A DNA stretch of 64,000 nt from Candidatus Nanoarchaeia archaeon (GTDB lineage: Archaea; Nanobdellota; Nanobdellia; Pacearchaeales; GW2011-AR1). Each line of letters opens with the position of its first letter. The first letter of the stretch is position 1. The notes under the pieces were generated by a model. That model saw only the letters and a program-made list of their open reading frames with translations, had not been told where the DNA came from and searched no databases. Position numbers and translations under genes: made by a program. The stretch lies in contig JAQUKY010000002.1 in the NCBI GenBank assembly GCA_028718805.1, positions 1,424 to 65,423 on the forward strand. The letters run 5' to 3'. This document shows, in pieces, positions 24,155-32,817 of this stretch.

Positions 24155-24883
24155 ATGGGTTTCAAAAAAACATTAGCGAGTTTGGTTCTTGCTGGAGCCT
24201 TGGCTATCGGAGGATTGTGCAGCAAGGCAAAATGTGATAATTATGATTTTGCCCCGCCCTCATATAGAGGCCAGCCGCAATCTGCACAATTTATCTGGGA
24301 TTTTACTTCACAGCCAGATATAATCCACAATACTTCTCCTTTTGGTACTGTGAATTATGTATCTGCAGTTAAAAGCTCTGTTGGGAGCCTTGCTGGGAAT
24401 GGAACTATGCGTTGGAATGATAATTCTTTTTACTGGGACACAAACAGCAATAAGTTCACGAAATTATATGACCCTGTTCTTCAAAGTCCTGAAGTATGCG
24501 GTTTAACCCTGGCTATGCCAAACTTTAACAATATGCCTAAAAAAGAAATGCGCATACAGATAACTTATGGAAATGCATTGGATTCTAATTCCCCTCTGCC
24601 AAATCCGTCTTTCTCGAACCCGAGTATCCCGTCCATTCCGGGGTGGCCGCCACCTGAAGGAACAATACATGTGCCTGAAGGTTATGCAAGAATAGATTCT
24701 AACCATTTTTATCAGGATTTGGCATTCTATCCAAGCCCTGAAAGAGAAATGTTTAATATCGGTTTCAAGAACAGCGCGTATATAGACAAGATAATTATAG
24801 ACACCATCTCTATTCCAGAGCCTTCAACCATCGGCTTGCTGGGATTAGGAAGTCTGGCCCTGGTTAAAAAAAGAAAAAAATAA
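24155..24883 (+). CDS. secreted protein with PEP-CTERM-type sorting tail
   Basis: Signal peptide MGFKKTLASLVLAGALAIGGLCSKA. The C-terminus IPEPSTIGLLGLGSLALVKKRKK has Pro-Glu-Pro, a hydrophobic helix and a basic cluster. Confidence 0.65.
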   Translation: MGFKKTLASLVLAGALAIGGLCSKAKCDNYDFAPPSYRGQPQSAQFIWDFTSQPDIIHNTSPFGTVNYVSAVKSSVGSLAGNGTMRWNDNSFYWDTNSNKFTKLYDPVLQSPEVCGLTLAMPNFNNMPKKEMRIQITYGNALDSNSPLPNPSFSNPSIPSIPGWPPPEGTIHVPEGYARIDSNHFYQDLAFYPSPEREMFNIGFKNSAYIDKIIIDTISIPEPSTIGLLGLGSLALVKKRKK

Positions 24884-25039
24884 TTCTTCTTCTGTTTCTC
24901 CTTAAAACTTATGCTGCTCTTTGTATGTATTATTTTATTTATTATGATTATATATTCCCTGGTATTGCTCCGGCAAAGCTGGGTTTTGTGTTAAAGAAGT
25001 TCTTGAAATTTATAAAATGTGAACATCAGAAAATCAAAT

Positions 25040-25864
25040 CTATTTTCTTCTTATGACAAAGAAAACACAAACAGCGCCTGTGAGGGTTAAAACCCCGGCG
25101 AAAGTGCTGAATTCAGGGATTATTACAGGGGTGTAATATTCTGGTTTATAAAATTCTCTTAAACCTTCATAAGCATCAATAAGTTCAGGATGCTCATCTA
25201 AGATGCCTCTTATTTCTTCAACACTTCTCTGTTCATTTAGTCTGTTTTTGGTTGTTATAAGATAAAAGTCTGTTTCTTTTTCTCCACACCAGGTTACCTT
25301 GTTGGCTTCAATATCTTTTGCTTCAAAATCCATATCCCCTTTTCCGATTATATCAACTTTATTATTCTCTTTGTCAAATGTTGCAATGATATCATAAAAG
25401 CTTAATTTATCCTGATTCAATGCCCCATCACCAACTGCTTTGAATTTTAGTGTCTGGGCGTTTGTTTCTAAAATTTCTGTGATTTCAAAATCTAAATTAA
25501 ATATATTATACCTCCCTTCCCGGGCAGTTAATCTTCCTCCGCCTAACCCCCCATTTGGTAACGGTATGTAAAAGCCTAAATCAATATTACCAAGGCTCAT
25601 CTCATCAATATCCAGGTTGTCTCCTCCTGCGCTCACAGAGCATTTGTCATCTGTAACATATCCATATGTTTTCTGAACCTCAAAATTATATTCAATTAAA
25701 ACCTCTTTTATAATTTTGGAGCTTGCCTTTTCAGTTCCAGCACTTGTTTGTATGTAAATTGGAATATTAAAATCAGCAGCAGAAACAATTTCAACAAAAA
25801 CACTCAGAATTATTAAACTTAGTAAAATATTCAGTATTAAAAAAACCCTTATTTTGCCTGTCAT
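25040..25864 (-). CDS. secreted protein with PEF-CTERM sorting tail
   Basis: N-terminal anchor IRVFLILNILLSLIILSVFVEIVSA and C-terminus IPEFSTFAGVLTLTGAVCVFFVIRRK. Confidence 0.65.
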   Translation of the reverse strand: MTGKIRVFLILNILLSLIILSVFVEIVSAADFNIPIYIQTSAGTEKASSKIIKEVLIEYNFEVQKTYGYVTDDKCSVSAGGDNLDIDEMSLGNIDLGFYIPLPNGGLGGGRLTAREGRYNIFNLDFEITEILETNAQTLKFKAVGDGALNQDKLSFYDIIATFDKENNKVDIIGKGDMDFEAKDIEANKVTWCGEKETDFYLITTKNRLNEQRSVEEIRGILDEHPELIDAYEGLREFYKPEYYTPVIIPEFSTFAGVLTLTGAVCVFFVIRRK

Positions 25865-26063
25865 CTTTTTCTCACCTCTTCTGTCATCATCGTTCTTACT
25901 ACCTAATAGTATTTCTTGCTATAGAAAGATGGTTTTTCTTTATAAACACTTTTAGAGATTGATATATATCTTGCTGAATATACTTAATGTACTTACTTTT
26001 TTCTGATGAAAAAATAAAATCATGGATTTTTATAAAAAATTAGAAAAATTGAATTACTAACCT

Positions 26064-26134
26064 GTAATTTATTAAACGATTTGATATGTTTGTGGGTTTT
26101 CATTAAGTTTTTTATAGCTTTTTGCTGATTGCTT
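26064..26134 (+). repeat. intergenic mosaic repeat, modules A + B (subfamily 2)
   Basis: TGTAATTTATTAAACGATTTGATATGTTTGTGGGTTTTCATTAAGTTTT...TGCTGATTGCTT. Parallels 60425-60500 and 63428-63475. Confidence 0.7.
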
Positions 26135-26358
26135 GATATTATTTAGTTTTTTATATTACGAGAACTATTCCCTCATTCCCAACGCCCCGCCAATTATCAT
26201 CAGCAAAACGAAAATAATATTAAATATCATGCTTCTCTGGGCTAATGCCTGAAGTATTGCAGGATTTGCAAAATATGCAAGGTAAACTGAATTGATTAAA
26301 ACTCCTATTAAACCTATTCATATCATAAAATTACCTGTAATAAGTCTGGTTTTTCTTT

Positions 26359-26757
26359 TCATTTTCTTCTCCCTCGTTTTTCTCTTGAAAAAATTGCAAC
26401 TAAACTATCGTCGCACTTTATGGCTTTAGAAGTTCCTTTTTTCATGTTTATGCAGCTTCTTCTTAAAATATCTTCAATCTGTTCATTTAAAGTAAGCATA
26501 TTCTTCTTAGCTCTTTTATCAATAATTTTTAAGACATCAGAGTCAAGAAATATTGAAATCTTATTCTTTAATTTGTATTTTGGTTTTAAAACATAAAACG
26601 CTTTTTCAATTTCATCAAGAGGCCAGCCTTTCTTCAGCAAAGGCTCTCTTATTTCAAAATCATCAAAACCTCTTTTTCTGGATTCTTTTATGAATTTAAC
26701 AAGCTCTGCATTTGCTTTCATTTTTACCTCTTTTCCTTGTCTTGGATTGGGCTCCAT
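26359..26757 (-). CDS. hypothetical protein, possible ribbon-helix-helix C-terminus
   Basis: 132 aa. The C-terminal SIFLDSDVLKIIDKRAKKNMLTLNEQIEDILRR resembles CopG/RHH. Confidence 0.4.
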   Translation of the reverse strand: MEPNPRQGKEVKMKANAELVKFIKESRKRGFDDFEIREPLLKKGWPLDEIEKAFYVLKPKYKLKNKISIFLDSDVLKIIDKRAKKNMLTLNEQIEDILRRSCINMKKGTSKAIKCDDSLVAIFSREKRGRRK

Positions 26758-26945
26758 AATTTTATTTTATCATATACAATGGCATAAATGATAATATTAA
26801 CACTAAGAGGAATTAAGATCCTGATAATTCCAACCCACAGCACCCCATCTGTAGTCAATTGCCAGTTAGTCAGGATAGTATATAGATACCAAATAAACCC
26901 CACTGTTACAAAGATAACTATCAATTTTTTTGAAATTTCTTTCAT
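26724..26945 (-). CDS. small two-helix membrane protein
   Basis: 73 aa. GGAGG lies 5 nt before the ATG. Confidence 0.45.
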   Translation of the reverse strand: MKEISKKLIVIFVTVGFIWYLYTILTNWQLTTDGVLWVGIIRILIPLSVNIIIYAIVYDKIKLWSPIQDKEKR

Positions 26946-26997
26946 TTTAACCTCCTTTTTTATTTTAGTAATTTAACTTGTCTATAATGTTGTATTC

Positions 26998-27050
26998 TTA
27001 TCCGCTTTGTCATAATTGCTCAAGCATCTTATTTTTTTTGTTACTGATTA
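26998..27050 (+). repeat. conserved upstream element TTATCCGCT..AATTGCTCAAGCAT..TTACTGAT (copy 1)
   Basis: Parallels 29402-29457. Lies 53-105 nt upstream of minus-strand start 26945. Confidence 0.7.
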
Positions 27051-27061
27051 TTCTTAGTTTC

Positions 27062-27355
27062 TTATCTTCCTTTTTTAGTATAAACTTTTTCCACTTTAAA
27101 TGATTTATAAACTCCTTCTAAAATATCTGTTCCTGCATAACCTGCTAATAAGCTTAATCTGTAATCAAAATTAAAAATTAATCCAACAAATATTCCTATG
27201 ACAAGAGCAACCATAACCGTAATAGCATAATAACCCCATAAAATTTTTCTTCTTAAAGAAAGTGCTTTTAATAATCCAATAAATCCTCTGGTCAATCCCC
27301 CGACTCCCCCAAGCAGAGCAGGCAATACAATTGCATTCCAGGTAGCTAGTTCCAT
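27062..27355 (-). CDS. small membrane protein (3 helices)
   Basis: 97-aa hydrophobic ORF. Confidence 0.5.
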   Translation of the reverse strand: MELATWNAIVLPALLGGVGGLTRGFIGLLKALSLRRKILWGYYAITVMVALVIGIFVGLIFNFDYRLSLLAGYAGTDILEGVYKSFKVEKVYTKKGR

Positions 27356-27397
27356 TCTTCCCCTTTTTTATAATAAGTATATAAGGAAAAATGCTTT

Positions 27398-27787
27398 TTA
27401 TATGTTTTGGCTTTTGAAATTAATGCAATTTTTATGTATTTCTTCTGGCTGCATGCACCATAATTGCATGGAAAAGTGATCTACATGGGAGTTATACTGG
27501 CAGCTAAAAATTTTTGGTTTTTCTGTAAACTTTGCCCCGGTTTTTTCTAACTCTTCGGCTTTTTTATCGCAAAAATAAAAATAGTTATCTAATTTTTCTA
27601 AATGCGGGCATCTGTCTTTTCCTTTATTCTCCTCTTCCAGCTGGCTGACAACGGCTTTTTGTTCTTTTATGACCACATCATCCCAGGTTTTTACTTCGTC
27701 CCAGGATTGGGCAGCCTCTCCATAAAGCTTTTTTAATTCTTTTTGAGATTCAGGGCCATTAAAGTCAAGTATGTCTCTTAATTCCAT
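27398..27787 (-). CDS. hypothetical Cys/His-containing protein
   Basis: 129 aa. CPHLEKL...FCDKK...SCQYNSHVDH...WCMQ...NCINF suggests metal binding. Confidence 0.4.
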   Translation of the reverse strand: MELRDILDFNGPESQKELKKLYGEAAQSWDEVKTWDDVVIKEQKAVVSQLEEENKGKDRCPHLEKLDNYFYFCDKKAEELEKTGAKFTEKPKIFSCQYNSHVDHFSMQLWCMQPEEIHKNCINFKSQNI

Positions 27788-27835
27788 TTTCTATCTTAAA
27801 ATAAGAATTATTTAAATGTTCTTATTTAGTTTTTT

Positions 27836-27889
27836 GGAAATTTATTAAACGATTTTAAGCTTTGCAGATGAGAAAATTAAGCTTCTCAT
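27836..27889 (+). repeat. intergenic mosaic repeat, modules A + D
   Basis: GGAAATTTATTAAACGATTTTAAGCTTTGCAGATGAGAAAATTAAGCTTCTCAT. Confidence 0.75.
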
Positions 27890-27955
27890 AAACAACTTAT
27901 TTCGTTTTATTTATTATAGACGCGGTTTATATTTAAAAAATAACTCTGGATTTTT

Positions 27956-29083
27956 TTAATATTTAACTTCGAACTCCCCAGTAGAAGACCCAATTGCATT
28001 TCCAGCTTCATCTGTTATCTGGATATCAATTATATGACTGCCTCTTGAGAAAGATTTTTTTGTTGCGCAGATTCCATTCTTTAAAGCAGAGCATAAATTT
28101 TTCCATGACGGTTTTGAAGCAGATTTATCCATATACTCTATTTTGTCTAAATTAAGCTCTGTTACATTAAAAACAAAATAAACGTATCTCTGTCCTGGCG
28201 TATAACTCCAGAAAGGAGGAGGATTATGCAAAACCGGAAACACGGTATCAACAGGAAGATTCTGCTTTATCTGGGAATCTTTTATATTCCCTGCAATGTC
28301 CTCTGCTGTAAACCAGTATTTTATTTTTTCTTCATTATAATCTTTTAAATCAATACTAACCTCGCACCATTGCTTTGTTCCTGAACTGCATCCGCTTATT
28401 TCTTTGCTTCTCATACCAGTTTCATTATTCCCGTAATTTATCTTCATCTTCTTTAAATTATCTTCAGAATACTGAACACCAAATATTCCATTAGCATATC
28501 CCTCTCTTGGTTCTGTTTTGTGTATTACTGGTTTTTTAGAGTCAATAAGAAAACTCCGATTAACATGTCTTTCATTCCCTGCAACATCAACGGCTTTAAA
28601 TGTTAAATTATTCCAGCCCTCATCAAAAGATCTCTTATTGCTGTAGCTATCGCAATCCTGGCATACCTTTGTCCATCTTCCTCTTCCGTTTACAGCATCT
28701 ATATAATACAAATCAGCTTCTTCATCTAATTCGATGTCAAATAATATGGACCTTGAATTGTAAATCCCTTTTTGTAAGGGGGTGTTTATTGTAATTTCGG
28801 GAGCAGACTGATCAATGCTTGAATTTTCATCATAAAAATTTAAACAAGACCCAAGGGCATTGCAAAAATTAGGATTTCCAGTAGTAAAACACTTTTTTGT
28901 TTCATTATAACTATACATGCAATAATTGCATTTTGTAGTTGAGCAGGTATCATCTTTTATCAGTGGATTGCAAAAATCTATCTTATCTCCTTTTTTAAAA
29001 GAAACACAAAAATATGCGCTTACTGAGCTTATAAGCAAGACTGCGAAGATTATGCTTATTGTTAATATTACTGTTTTTTTCAT
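27956..29083 (-). CDS. secreted protein, Cys-rich N-terminal region plus Ig-like repeats
   Basis: Signal peptide MKKTVILTISIIFAVLLISSVSA, then 12 Cys in the next ~65 aa, then beta-rich sequence. Confidence 0.55.
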   Translation of the reverse strand: MKKTVILTISIIFAVLLISSVSAYFCVSFKKGDKIDFCNPLIKDDTCSTTKCNYCMYSYNETKKCFTTGNPNFCNALGSCLNFYDENSSIDQSAPEITINTPLQKGIYNSRSILFDIELDEEADLYYIDAVNGRGRWTKVCQDCDSYSNKRSFDEGWNNLTFKAVDVAGNERHVNRSFLIDSKKPVIHKTEPREGYANGIFGVQYSEDNLKKMKINYGNNETGMRSKEISGCSSGTKQWCEVSIDLKDYNEEKIKYWFTAEDIAGNIKDSQIKQNLPVDTVFPVLHNPPPFWSYTPGQRYVYFVFNVTELNLDKIEYMDKSASKPSWKNLCSALKNGICATKKSFSRGSHIIDIQITDEAGNAIGSSTGEFEVKY

Positions 29084-29397
29084 TTTGGGATATCTATTTT
29101 TTTCTTCCTTATGGTCATCTGCACATGATAATCCTTGCCTGGATAAAACTGTTGAGCAATTTTAACGAGACCCTCATAATGCTCTCTGGGTGTTGACCCA
29201 ACCCCATAATGAATTGCTTTTTTGAATTCCTTGCTTTTGTCTCTGACTATATATCCTGCATGGGCTATTTTGCCATCTAATGAGTCGGGTTCAAGTTCTT
29301 CTGCCCAATAAGCATATTTTCGTTTTCCTTCAATAAACAATTTTATTTCAAACCTTGCTTGTATTCTTGCCATTTTATTTTTTATTTGTAATCTCAA
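29080..29397 (-). CDS. hypothetical soluble protein coupled to 27956..29083
   Basis: 105-aa ORF with a 4-nt overlap to the downstream secreted-protein gene. Confidence 0.45.
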   Translation of the reverse strand: MRLQIKNKMARIQARFEIKLFIEGKRKYAYWAEELEPDSLDGKIAHAGYIVRDKSKEFKKAIHYGVGSTPREHYEGLVKIAQQFYPGKDYHVQMTIRKKKIDIPK

Positions 29398-29401
29398 ATC
29401 A

Positions 29402-29457
29402 TTATCCGCTCTGCTTTCAATTGCTCAAGCATATCAGTGTTTTTTCATTACTGATAC
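29402..29457 (+). repeat. conserved upstream element TTATCCGCT..AATTGCTCAAGCAT..TTACTGATA (copy 2)
   Basis: Begins 5 nt upstream of minus-strand start 29397. Parallels 26998-27050. Confidence 0.7.
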
Positions 29458-29468
29458 TTTTTTTATTC

Positions 29469-29505
29469 AGGAGTTGCTGGCTCGTGCCAGTCTCCTCTTT
29501 TTTAT
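29469..29505 (+). terminator. hairpin followed by a T-run (intrinsic-terminator-like), function unclear
   Basis: AGGAG-TTG-CTGGC-TCGT-GCCAG-T-CTCCT followed by CTTTTTTAT. No plus-strand gene lies upstream. A G+C-rich CCCGCGCGC follows at 29522-29530. Confidence 0.25.
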
Positions 29506-29603
29506 AAAAATCACCTCCTCTCCCGCGCGCAAAAGGGTTACTTTTTCTTTATTTGCTTTTTTTATGTAAAATAAATTAAAAAAATAAAAACAAAAATTAA
29601 AAT

Positions 29604-30677
29604 TTAAATAGCTTCTCCCCAGAAGTAGATACTTCCAGTATCGAAGTCACCGTTACATGGCTCTGGCAAATCTAACCTAAATGTTAATGCCATTTCAGAT
29701 CCAGGAGTCAATACATTACCGACATTGTTTGCAATGTGTGTGCTGTATCCTTCTGTACCTATTATTTCCTTTGCCTCATTAATCTGATCTCCGTATGGGA
29801 TTTCAGAATAACCTTCACTGTCAATATTATAAGGTCCTACTCCGCCAACATTTGCTGTTGAAGAGTATCCGTTTGTAGCAAAGTATCTGAAGTTTTCTAA
29901 TTCAAGAACATTGCTGTCTGGGCACATTGCACCGCTTGATGAAGAATCAAAGAAGTTTGTACCTGCGATATACATCTCAAGTCTAACTCCTGTTCCTGCA
30001 CCGTCATCATCATTTCCTATAAGGATAGTGTCTGAATAAGCAGTTGTTCCAGGTCTAACATCTTCAAATGTTAAATCTCCCTGAATTGTTAAAGCAATTT
30101 TAGGGTTTAAGAACCAGTACTCGTTTTCATCCATTGTTCCAGATAAACCGTCTATGTCCATTGCTTCAACAGTTATCCATTGTTCTCCATACATGCTGTC
30201 AGCAGTTTCAACATTCAGTGTACATTCATAGAATTCCATGATATCGCTATCAAAATCATCTATTTCTTCTTCACCGATTCTTGCATTGCAGCTTTCTGGG
30301 ATTTTTTCAGATTGTCCGCCAATTTTGTTACAGTTAACTTCTATGTCATTACCTGCACCCTGTCCAGATCCAACAGTTGCGAAAACATCTTGAATCTTTT
30401 CAACACCATTCTTATCCATTACAAGAACTTTCCATTTTATACTTTCCCCTTCGAAAGCATAGTTCTGTTGTCTTTCAATAAGTTTTTCTCCTGGTGTTGT
30501 TCCTGGTTGCCATTCATCATCATAAACGACTCTTGAATCACACATCCAGACTAAAGGAGCGAAATCTTCTGTTGTTACGTCAGGATTTATTTCTCCCCCA
30601 GTATCAGCAGCCATTATCATAGGTATAACTGAAACTACTAGTAAAGCCATTACTAATAAGCTATATAATTTTTTCAT
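29604..30677 (-). CDS. secreted acidic protein
   Basis: Signal peptide MKKLYSLLVMALLVVSVIPMIMA. AGGAGG lies upstream. No C-terminal anchor. Confidence 0.55.
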   Translation of the reverse strand: MKKLYSLLVMALLVVSVIPMIMAADTGGEINPDVTTEDFAPLVWMCDSRVVYDDEWQPGTTPGEKLIERQQNYAFEGESIKWKVLVMDKNGVEKIQDVFATVGSGQGAGNDIEVNCNKIGGQSEKIPESCNARIGEEEIDDFDSDIMEFYECTLNVETADSMYGEQWITVEAMDIDGLSGTMDENEYWFLNPKIALTIQGDLTFEDVRPGTTAYSDTILIGNDDDGAGTGVRLEMYIAGTNFFDSSSSGAMCPDSNVLELENFRYFATNGYSSTANVGGVGPYNIDSEGYSEIPYGDQINEAKEIIGTEGYSTHIANNVGNVLTPGSEMALTFRLDLPEPCNGDFDTGSIYFWGEAI

Positions 30678-30927
30678 TTTCTAAAACCTCCTTTCATTGC
30701 ATTTATGCTTAAGCATGAAGCAAATTCAGTAAAATTCTCCAACAAATCTTTTTTTATCCCACTCATAAGTTACACTAATTGTATTTCTTTATAAACAAAA
30801 TTAAGATTAGAAATATATTTCTTATTTTCCTCATACAAGAAATATATTTTATTAAGTATAAGGTTTGTAATTACTTTCTTTCAATGAAAAAATACTTTTT
30901 TATAATTTGATAGACGACGCGGTCTTT

Positions 30928-30987
30928 TGATAATTTGTTAAACTCTTATTCGCTTTGCAGATGATTAGAGCAAGCTTGATTGCTCAT
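30928..30987 (+). repeat. intergenic mosaic repeat, module D copy
   Basis: TGATAATTTGTTAAACTCTTATTCGCTTTGCAGATGATTAGAGCAAGCTTGATTGCTCAT. Confidence 0.7.
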
Positions 30988-31068
30988 TATTATCCTTATT
31001 TTTTTGTTATTAGGGACTTAGAAGAATAAGTAGGTTAGAATCACGTTCGAATCCTGCTTAAATTAAAA

Positions 31069-31154
31069 TGCGGGGGGTAGGATTCGAACCTACGAAGGCA
31101 CTAAGCCACAGGATCTTAAGTCCTGCGCATTTGACCGGGCTTTGCTACCCCCGC
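31069..31154 (-). tRNA. tRNA-Leu (anticodon UAA), type II with long variable arm, no encoded CCA
   Basis: Hand-folded. Acceptor GCGGGGG/CCCCCGC, anticodon stem CAGGA/TCCTG with loop CTTAAGA, T arm GTAGG-TTCGAAT-CCTAC, discriminator A. Confidence 0.9.
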
Positions 31155-31360
31155 TTCATAAGTTCACGAAACCCTTTCTCATATATAATGAGTGGGCTTA
31201 TGAACATAAAAAAGTTAAATATCAATTCTTTAAAAATATAACTGTTTATTTTGGTAACTTAGTGACTATCCTAATATGTTGCTCATGTTCATAAAGCTTG
31301 ATGTGAGATTGCTATAATTTATCTTAGTTTTATTTAGAGAATATTAATAAGAATAATATT

Positions 31361-32263
31361 TTACAGATTTATCATCAAGGTCAGGTGGCTTAAGTCAGCG
31401 GCATCTTCGGATATTTTGACAACATGCCTCACCAGCCTTATTGCATATTTATCATTATTTTTTATTTTCATTGACTCTTCCCTTATCTTTTCTCTTGTGG
31501 AATATAAATCTTCATTTTTCTTGGAATTAAACTGGTAATAAAGTTCAAATGCCTCTCCAAGGCTTTCAAGGGATTTTTCAGCTAATTTTTTTATGTCATT
31601 GGTTTTCTTTATTTTATGCTTTATATTTGCCCTCCAGAATCTTGTTACTTCATCGCCTATTCTTTCAATCTCAAAAGAGTACGTGAAAAGCGCTCTTCCT
31701 TTAATCTGGTTAGGATATGACATCTTGTTTATTGCCCTCTGCAGGAACAGGCAGAACTTGTTGATTTCCCTGTCCCTTTGCTGCAACCCTTCCAAGGTTT
31801 CTTTCTGCTCTCCAAAAACATCGTTTATTGCAGATTCATAAAAAGCAAGGACCATCTGGAAAACCCTTTTGAATATTTCATCAAGATTAGAATAGTTTGT
31901 TCCGCCGATGTCTTTTATCTGGAAAATATCATTTTTTTTGCATAATAAGGCATAGCCAATTGTATTGCTCAATCCCCATGAAAGATCAGAAGTTATGTCT
32001 TTTTTTGATTCAATATTTATCTCATCAATTCCCTTGGCATATAAGGCAGTGATATGCCTTGTGAGATTTCTTTTGTCCAAATCCTCTACCTTGAGGTTTG
32101 CTGAACTGCTCTGGACATCTCTGTCATTTTTAATTATAAGGGTTTTCTCCTCTTCTGTTACTTCTAACTCCCTGTTTTTATCGACGTTATTTCTCCTCAC
32201 CCAGTCAATAGGAAGAGTTATTGTATATGCCTGGTTTGCCTGCTTAATGACTTTTCTTTTCAT
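31361..32263 (-). CDS. AbrB/SpoVT-domain + PhoU-domain regulator (archaeal PhoU-like)
   Basis: The N-terminus KVIKQANQAYTITLPIDWVRRNNV is followed by helical repeats containing FEIERIGDEVTRFW and KISEDAADLS. Confidence 0.7.
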   Translation of the reverse strand: MKRKVIKQANQAYTITLPIDWVRRNNVDKNRELEVTEEEKTLIIKNDRDVQSSSANLKVEDLDKRNLTRHITALYAKGIDEINIESKKDITSDLSWGLSNTIGYALLCKKNDIFQIKDIGGTNYSNLDEIFKRVFQMVLAFYESAINDVFGEQKETLEGLQQRDREINKFCLFLQRAINKMSYPNQIKGRALFTYSFEIERIGDEVTRFWRANIKHKIKKTNDIKKLAEKSLESLGEAFELYYQFNSKKNEDLYSTREKIREESMKIKNNDKYAIRLVRHVVKISEDAADLSHLTLMINL

Positions 32264-32353
32264 TTTTAATTATTAACCTGTAAGTTATTCGTTTTATCGA
32301 TTTATATCATTTATATAAATTATATCGAAAGTATATAAATATTTCGGTTTCCT

Positions 32354-32809
32354 ATGTATATTGTAACAAGGAAAATGGAAACACAAACTCAAAACAAAAG
32401 AACAGACGGAAGCTACAGGATAGTATGCAGAAAATGGGAAGAATATGGGGATTATTCTAAAGCACATTTTACAAAAGGACCTATAGAAACAGTTGAAGAA
32501 AAAGGGCTCGCGCAAAAAGTAGCAGAAGCTAAATGTGCAAGATTAAACAAGGAACTTGGCGGCAATAGAAAGGATACTAAAGATTTTTTTGTTCATGGAA
32601 ACTTAGAAGGAACAATTTACAGAAATTACAGAGTTGAATATGATCCTACTACCCAAATAACTCATGTTGAAAAAGTTCCATACAGAAGGAAAACTCAAAT
32701 TAAATTCAGGTCTTTTTATGAGGATTTAGATTTTTTAGAAAGCATAGGCCATTGGCCAGAGCCAGTTAGAACATCTGGATGTTACTGGAATCCTAAAATG
32801 TGGCCTTAG
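32354..32809 (+). CDS. hypothetical protein, tandem paralog A
   Basis: Shares GSYRI-C, ETVEEKGLA and LEGTI-R-YRVEYDP with the next gene. Confidence 0.45.
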   Translation: MYIVTRKMETQTQNKRTDGSYRIVCRKWEEYGDYSKAHFTKGPIETVEEKGLAQKVAEAKCARLNKELGGNRKDTKDFFVHGNLEGTIYRNYRVEYDPTTQITHVEKVPYRRKTQIKFRSFYEDLDFLESIGHWPEPVRTSGCYWNPKMWP

Positions 32810-32817
32810 GAGGAAAA

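Noticed and set aside
26164-26362. Apparent small two-helix membrane ORF coupled by ATGA to 26359..26757 (first read as an in-frame TGA, suggesting recoding)
   Set aside because: Careful re-translation shows that the ATG frame stops after 14 codons. The hydrophobic C-terminal part (LAYFANPAILQALAQRSMIFNIIFVLLMIIGGALGMRE) is in another frame without a start. Reconstructing one ORF needs both a readthrough and a frameshift, so at best it is a decayed remnant.
31031-31060. T-arm-like fragment GGTTAGAATCACGTTCGAATCCTGC next to the 3' end of tRNA-Leu (possible att-site remnant or split tRNA half)
   Set aside because: The match to the tRNA is only the 11-mer GTTCGAATCCT around the palindromic TTCGAA. 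The flanks do not form a T stem or acceptor stem, and no integrase is nearby.
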